This document shows positions 58,398-64,000 of a stretch of DNA of 64,000 nucleotides, piece after piece. Origin of the DNA: Octopus vulgaris (taxonomy: Eukaryota); NCBI GenBank assembly GCA_951406725.2, contig OX597820.1, positions 31,620,001 to 31,684,000 of the forward strand, given 5' to 3'. The notes beneath the pieces were generated by a model that ran no database searches, was not told the DNA's origin, and saw only the letters and a program-made list of their open reading frames with translations. The first letter of the stretch is position 1. Every line of letters starts with the position of its first letter. Both the position numbers and the translations under genes were made by a program.

Positions 58398-58781
58398 AAA
58401 ATGTAAAGTTTTGTAAAAGCTTTGTTGTGTTAAGTATTGGTTGTCACATAATATTACAATATATATACATTCTTTGATAATAATAAGAAAAATGTTATAA
58501 ACAGTTTGCAAGGAAAAATCTTGAGAAAATATTAAAAAGTTCATTAAAGATATTAGGATTTCATTAAAAATCATGTTTGTTTGGAAGTATCTATATATGT
58601 ATATATATACACACAGAAAATTATAAGTTCAAAAAAGGTTATATTTGGTAGTATATATATATATACACAGAAGGAGATATATTTAGGAGTTTACAAAGAA
58701 TTTGAGATGAACTGACCTGTTTTAGCATTTTTTCATTTTCTCCCTCTCATTCTTCCCCTCTCTCTGTGCGTGTGTGCGTGC

Positions 58782-58825
<44 letters not shown>

Positions 58826-59027
58826 ATATAAATATATATATAATATATTTATATAATAAATAACACACACACACACACATATATATATATATGATAAATA
58901 ATATATATATATATATTTATATATATATATATATATATACACATATCAACAGAAAAGAGGTGAGCCTTAACAGGTCACCTTACTAGAAGGAAGTCAAAAC
59001 GTCCAAATCACAGTTTAATTTTGGTTT

Positions 59028-59090
<63 letters not shown>

Positions 59091-59246
59091 CACAAATTAA
59101 ACTGTGGTTTGGACTTTTTATATATTTATATGTATGTGCGTGTGTGTGTGCGTATAATATATATATATACATACATACACTCATATGTGTGTAGATATAC
59201 ACACACATATATATTTGTGTGTGTATGTGTGTCTGTGCATATATTC

Positions 59247-59317
<71 letters not shown>

Positions 59318-59424
59318 GTCTATATATATATATATGTACAACCACTGAATGAGATGCATGATCTTTGCTTGTTAATGGTCTGGAAAACAAAAAGGACTTA
59401 TTAGGTTGTCTGAATATTTGCGGC

Positions 59425-59475
<51 letters not shown>

Positions 59476-59946
59476 CGTGTGTGTATGTATGTGTGTGTCT
59501 GTGTGTGTATGTGTGTGTGTATGGAGAGAGAGAGATAGAGAGAGCAATTATTCTATATTTCCCCTTCTTAACTGGTGTCATAAACTAACCCTCCATAAAT
59601 GCTACCCTCTCTCCTTCTCTACTCTAGTTTCTATATCAACAATGGGCAAAACTGCGACCCGCAAAACCTTCTGATAATGATAAATTACATTGAATTTTTT
59701 TCTTTAGCTGTGCGGTCCGCCTGATGCTGAGCTACATCTCATGTGCCTGCATCTCAGAAACGGTTGCTCATGCCTGTTCTATATTTTACCCTTTCCCTTC
59801 AACTCCAGCTATATATATATAATTTTTTTCTTCCGTACTTTTTACCATTCAACCATTCAAAGCCGCGAGAATGAACTTTTCATGTTAAGAGACATGTATC
59901 TGCTCTTTTGGCGCTAGTTATATTTAGACTTATATATTTATGTATG

Positions 59947-60108
59947 GGCGTAGGCGTGGCTATGTGGTAACATGCTTGCTTCCCAACCACATGGTTCTGG
60001 ATTCGGTCCCATTGCGTGGCACTTTGGGCAAGTTTCTTCTACTATAGCCTCGGGCCGACCAATGCCTTGTGAGTGGATTTATTAGACGGAATCTGAAAGA
60101 AGCCCGCC

Positions 60109-60201
<93 letters not shown>

Positions 60202-60223
60202 CATACATACATACATACATACA

Positions 60224-60277
<54 letters not shown>

Positions 60278-60519
60278 CATGCATGTATGTATGTATATGT
60301 ATATATTTGTGTGTCTGTGTTTGTTCCCCCATCATCACTTGATAACCGATGCTGGTGTGTTTATGTCCTCATAACTTAGCGGTTCGGCAAAAGAAACCGA
60401 TAGAATAAGTGCTAGGCTTACAAAGAATAGGTCTGGGGGTCGATTTGTGCGACTAAAGGCGGTGCTCCAGTATGGCCGCAGTCAAAATGACTGAATCACG
60501 TAAAAGAGTAAAAGAGTAA
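59947..60519 (+). mobile_element. Family-A SINE with ~200-bp internal microsatellite
   Basis: Full head-to-tail match. Confidence 0.9.
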
Positions 60520-60569
60520 ATGTGCGCACGTTTGGAACGACAACTGAGCCAAATAAGTGATGACATGTT

Positions 60570-60832
60570 GTTAAATGCTTAGAATATACGGCTCACGATC
60601 GAAAGGCCATCAGTTCGATTCCCGGTAGTGCGTTATATCTTTGAGCAAGGCACATCATGTTGTTCCAGTCTACTCAGCTGACAAAAATGAGTAGTACCTT
60701 ATTTCAAAGGGCCAGTGTTATCACATTCTCTGTCACGCTGAATCTCCCCGTGTGTCTGTGGAGTACTCAGCCATTTGCGTGTTAATTTTTCGAGCAGGCT
60801 GTTCCGTTGGTCATCTGGAACCCTTGTAACCG
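60570..60832 (+). mobile_element. Diverged tRNA-derived SINE with the 34615-type tail
   Basis: gttcgattcc B box, ttgagcaagg core, tgtcacgctgaat...gagcaggctgttccgtt tail. Confidence 0.7.
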
Positions 60833-61094
60833 AGGTAGTGTGATTAACAGTGTAAAACCACTTCTTAGCTTCTAATCCGCATTCTATTACCTTGAAGTTT
60901 TCATCCTATTAAGCTCATCCACGGGTTCACGGCTCCAGGCTATCCGACAGATGATAATCTGGAGACTGTTATATCAAACGGATGCCTCAAAATCCACAAA
61001 TTTTCGCATAGATTCTACAATTATAACCAAGGAGAACGGAGTGAAACAATTGTAATGTGGACTAACGATATATATATATATATACATATATATG

Positions 61095-61148
<54 letters not shown>

Positions 61149-61168
61149 TATATATGTATATATGTATA

Positions 61169-61225
<57 letters not shown>

Positions 61226-61579
61226 TATGTATATATATATATATATATATATACATATATATGTAAATATATATATGTGTATATATATATAGAGAGAGAG
61301 AGAGAAAGAGGGAGAGAGAAAGAGAGAGTATGTAGGTATATATGTGTGTACATGTGTATACATGTAGGTATACATGTGTGTATACGTATGTATGTATATA
61401 TATGTATATATAAATATATAGTAAATATTTACATATAATCATAGGCATATTGCTGCATCTGTTAATCTATCTATCAATTCATATAAATGTGTATTTATAT
61501 ATATTCGTTTATATGTATGCATATATAGATGTATATAAATAATTATATATAAACTAACACACACATACACACACATACA

Positions 61580-61611
<32 letters not shown>

Positions 61612-62218
61612 TACACACGTATATTGTATATATATGTAAGCTACACACACAAAAGAACTATCTCTCTCAGTCCCTAACATTCGCATAACGAAATATATGC
61701 CAAAGCACCGAAAGACTCCACTTTGAAAGCGCCGCTGTGAGGTTAAACGTTTCTTAACATCATTGTACTTCCGCCATCTTCCACTGTTTGTTACATGATA
61801 AAGCGCGCGCGCGTGTACACAGACAACACACACACACACACACACGCGCACGAATACACACATGCATACGCGCGCATGCGCATATACAAACATGTACACA
61901 TATAAAATAAATAAACAAATAAAACAGATAACACAAATATATCCATAACAACTTGTGAAAACATCCTGTTGTATATTTTAACAATAAAGGATTGTTGTTT
62001 TTTATTGTTGAGGCCCAGATCATCTCTGATCAAGTTGGTGAAAGATGAAAACTTTCCAGCCGTGACCATACCATTTAATTATCAGACGTAGTATAGCATT
62101 TAGGACTTACGATACCCAACTTATTCTTTTCTCCCATTTTTTTTTAAAGACGATATTACGTATTTGAGGGATATAAATGCTGCTATTATTAGAAGTTTAT
62201 GCGACTCAAAATCTCGAA

Positions 62219-62525
62219 ATTATTATTATTCTGGTCATTGCCTGGAATCGAACTCGGAATCTTGGGGTTAGTAGTCCACGTTCTTAACCACTACGTCATA
62301 TGCCCCTGGTTAAGAGTATGGGCTACTAACTCCAAGCTTCCGAGTTCGATTCCAGGCAGTGACCTGAATAATAATAATAACATCGAAAAATACTTTAGGA
62401 ATAGAAAACCCAAGTTCGAAATTTCCCCAAGACACCTGATGAAGGCTGGAGGGTATATCAGCCGAAATGTTGTGTTAACAACAAACAAGATGAGGACAAA
62501 TATCTGTCAAATGTAAATAATGAAA
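62219..62525 (+). mobile_element. tRNA-headed, hammerhead-tailed short element with an inverted head copy
   Basis: IR 62219-62290 / 62307-62378 containing a B box (gttcgattcc); HHR downstream. Confidence 0.7.
62431..62476 (+). ncRNA. Minimal type I hammerhead ribozyme motif
   Basis: GACAC-CUGAUGA-A-GGCUG gaggguauau CAGCC-GAAA-UG-UU-GUGUU. Confidence 0.7.
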
Positions 62526-62548
62526 ATAATGTATAACTTTAAAAGCTT

Positions 62549-62937
62549 ACTCTTTTACTTGTTTCAGTCATTTGACTGTGGCCATGCTGGAGCACCGCCT
62601 TTAGCCAAGTAAATCGACCCCAGGACTTATTCTTTGTAAGCCTAGTATTTATTCTATCGGTCTCGTTTTGCCGAACTGCTAAGTTACGGGAACGGAAACA
62701 CACCAGCATCGGTTGTCAAGCGATATTGGGAGGACAAACGCAGACACACAAATATATATATATATATATATATATGACGGGCTTCTTTCAGTTTCCGTCT
62801 ACCAAATCCACTCACAAGGCTTTGGTCGGCCCGTGGCTATAGTAGAAGACACTTGCCCAAGCGTCACGCAGTGGGACTGAACCCGGAACAATGTGGTTCG
62901 TAAGCAAGCTACTTACCACACAGTCACTCCTACGCCT
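62549..62937 (-). mobile_element. Family-A SINE, full length
   Basis: Head-to-tail match. Confidence 0.92.
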
Positions 62938-63221
62938 AAATTCTTTATCATTAATTTATGAGCAGAAATAAATGCGACTTTCGTCACCAACATGCAAAGC
63001 TCCAACAGGACTATATTTTTTGAGAGGCGGCAAGATAATAGAATCATCAGGACACCGACCGTAATGCTTAGCGGCATTTCGTCCGTTTTTACATTCTGAG
63101 TTCAAATTCCGCAGAGGTGGACTTTGCCTTTCATTCTTTCGGCGTTGATAAATTAAGTACCACTGAAACACAGCGGTCGATGTAATCGACTGGTTCCCTC
63201 CTCCAGGTCTTGTACAAGGAT

Positions 63222-63223
63222 TA

Positions 63224-63282
<59 letters not shown>

Positions 63283-63307
63283 GTTATTATTATCATTATT
63301 ATTATTA

Positions 63308-63399
<92 letters not shown>

Positions 63400-63511
63400 T
63401 TATGTTTGAATTTTTGCTTTACCTTTTGTACAAGTTGGCTCCAAGTTTCTCTTGATGTCTCTGAAACTTGGAGTCAACTTGTACAAAGGTAAAGCAAAAA
63501 TTCAAACATAA

Positions 63512-63552
<41 letters not shown>

Positions 63553-63578
63553 TAATAATGATAATAATAATAATAATG

Positions 63579-63628
<50 letters not shown>
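63222..63628. repeat. Palindrome: (TTA)n - 51-bp arm - 13-nt loop - arm - (TAA)n
   Basis: 63399-63449 is the reverse complement of 63463-63512 (about 2 differences). Confidence 0.93.
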
Positions 63629-64000
63629 CTGAGTTGTAATAAGATGCACCACCCAAAGGCAGACGTAGATCGCCTTTACCTTCCCAGAGCCCAAGGAGGT
63701 CGAGGCCTGATCCAATTTGAACTAGCTTACAAAACAACCACAATTGGACTGGCCAAATATCTCGAAATATCGAATGACTGGATGCTAAAGCTCGTGGAAA
63801 ATCACGAGAGACGAAAGAAGCTTCATTCTATCATCAAGGAAAGCAAAGAATTTGCTATTGATATCGTGCAGGATACCCAAACTAAACAACCCGAGGGAAG
63901 TACGGCAACTATTGTTGCAAAGAAGGTGAAAATGATGGCAATGAAAAAAGCGCACGAGCAATTGGCTGATAGGTGGGAGGAGAAACCTCTGCACGGCAAA
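63629..64000 (+). CDS. R4/Dong-clade non-LTR retrotransposon ORF fragment (5'-truncated, runs off the window)
   Basis: Open 124 codons including HHPKADVDRLYLPRAQGGRGLIQ...WEEKPLHGK; begins directly in (TAA)n. Confidence 0.85.
   Translation, partial: MSCNKMHHPKADVDRLYLPRAQGGRGLIQFELAYKTTTIGLAKYLEISNDWMLKLVENHERRKKLHSIIKESKEFAIDIVQDTQTKQPEGSTATIVAKKVKMMAMKKAHEQLADRWEEKPLHGK

Overview
Repeat-saturated eukaryotic DNA with no recognisable host protein-coding exon. The extreme (TA)n/(TG)n/(TATG)n/(TCTA)n/(TAA)n load and the tRNA-derived SINE families suggest a cephalopod (Octopus-like) genome; this is inference. Almost all ORFs in the supplied track are microsatellite read-throughs. Real coding remnants are all transposon-derived: a CR1/L2-group RT (29140-30352), RTE fragments, stacked Tx1/L1-like 3' ends in (TCTA)n, an R4/Dong-like RT in (TAA)n at the right edge, Tc1 (DD34E), mariner, maT-like and Tigger transposase relics, and a Helitron Rep relic. 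The most interesting layer is non-coding. At least six unrelated short elements carry hammerhead-ribozyme (HHR) motifs read by eye (CUGANGA / helix II / GAAA / helix III / NUH / helix I). Most sit beside microsatellites in partial-tandem or fold-back arrangements like those of retrozymes and Penelope-like element termini, and one is fused to a tRNA-like Pol III head. The window also holds a ~2.2 kb tandem duplication, a ~1.5 kb-arm inverted duplication and a SINE that shares its 3' tail with the local LINE. All alignments and folds were done by eye, and coordinates of degenerate elements are approximate.
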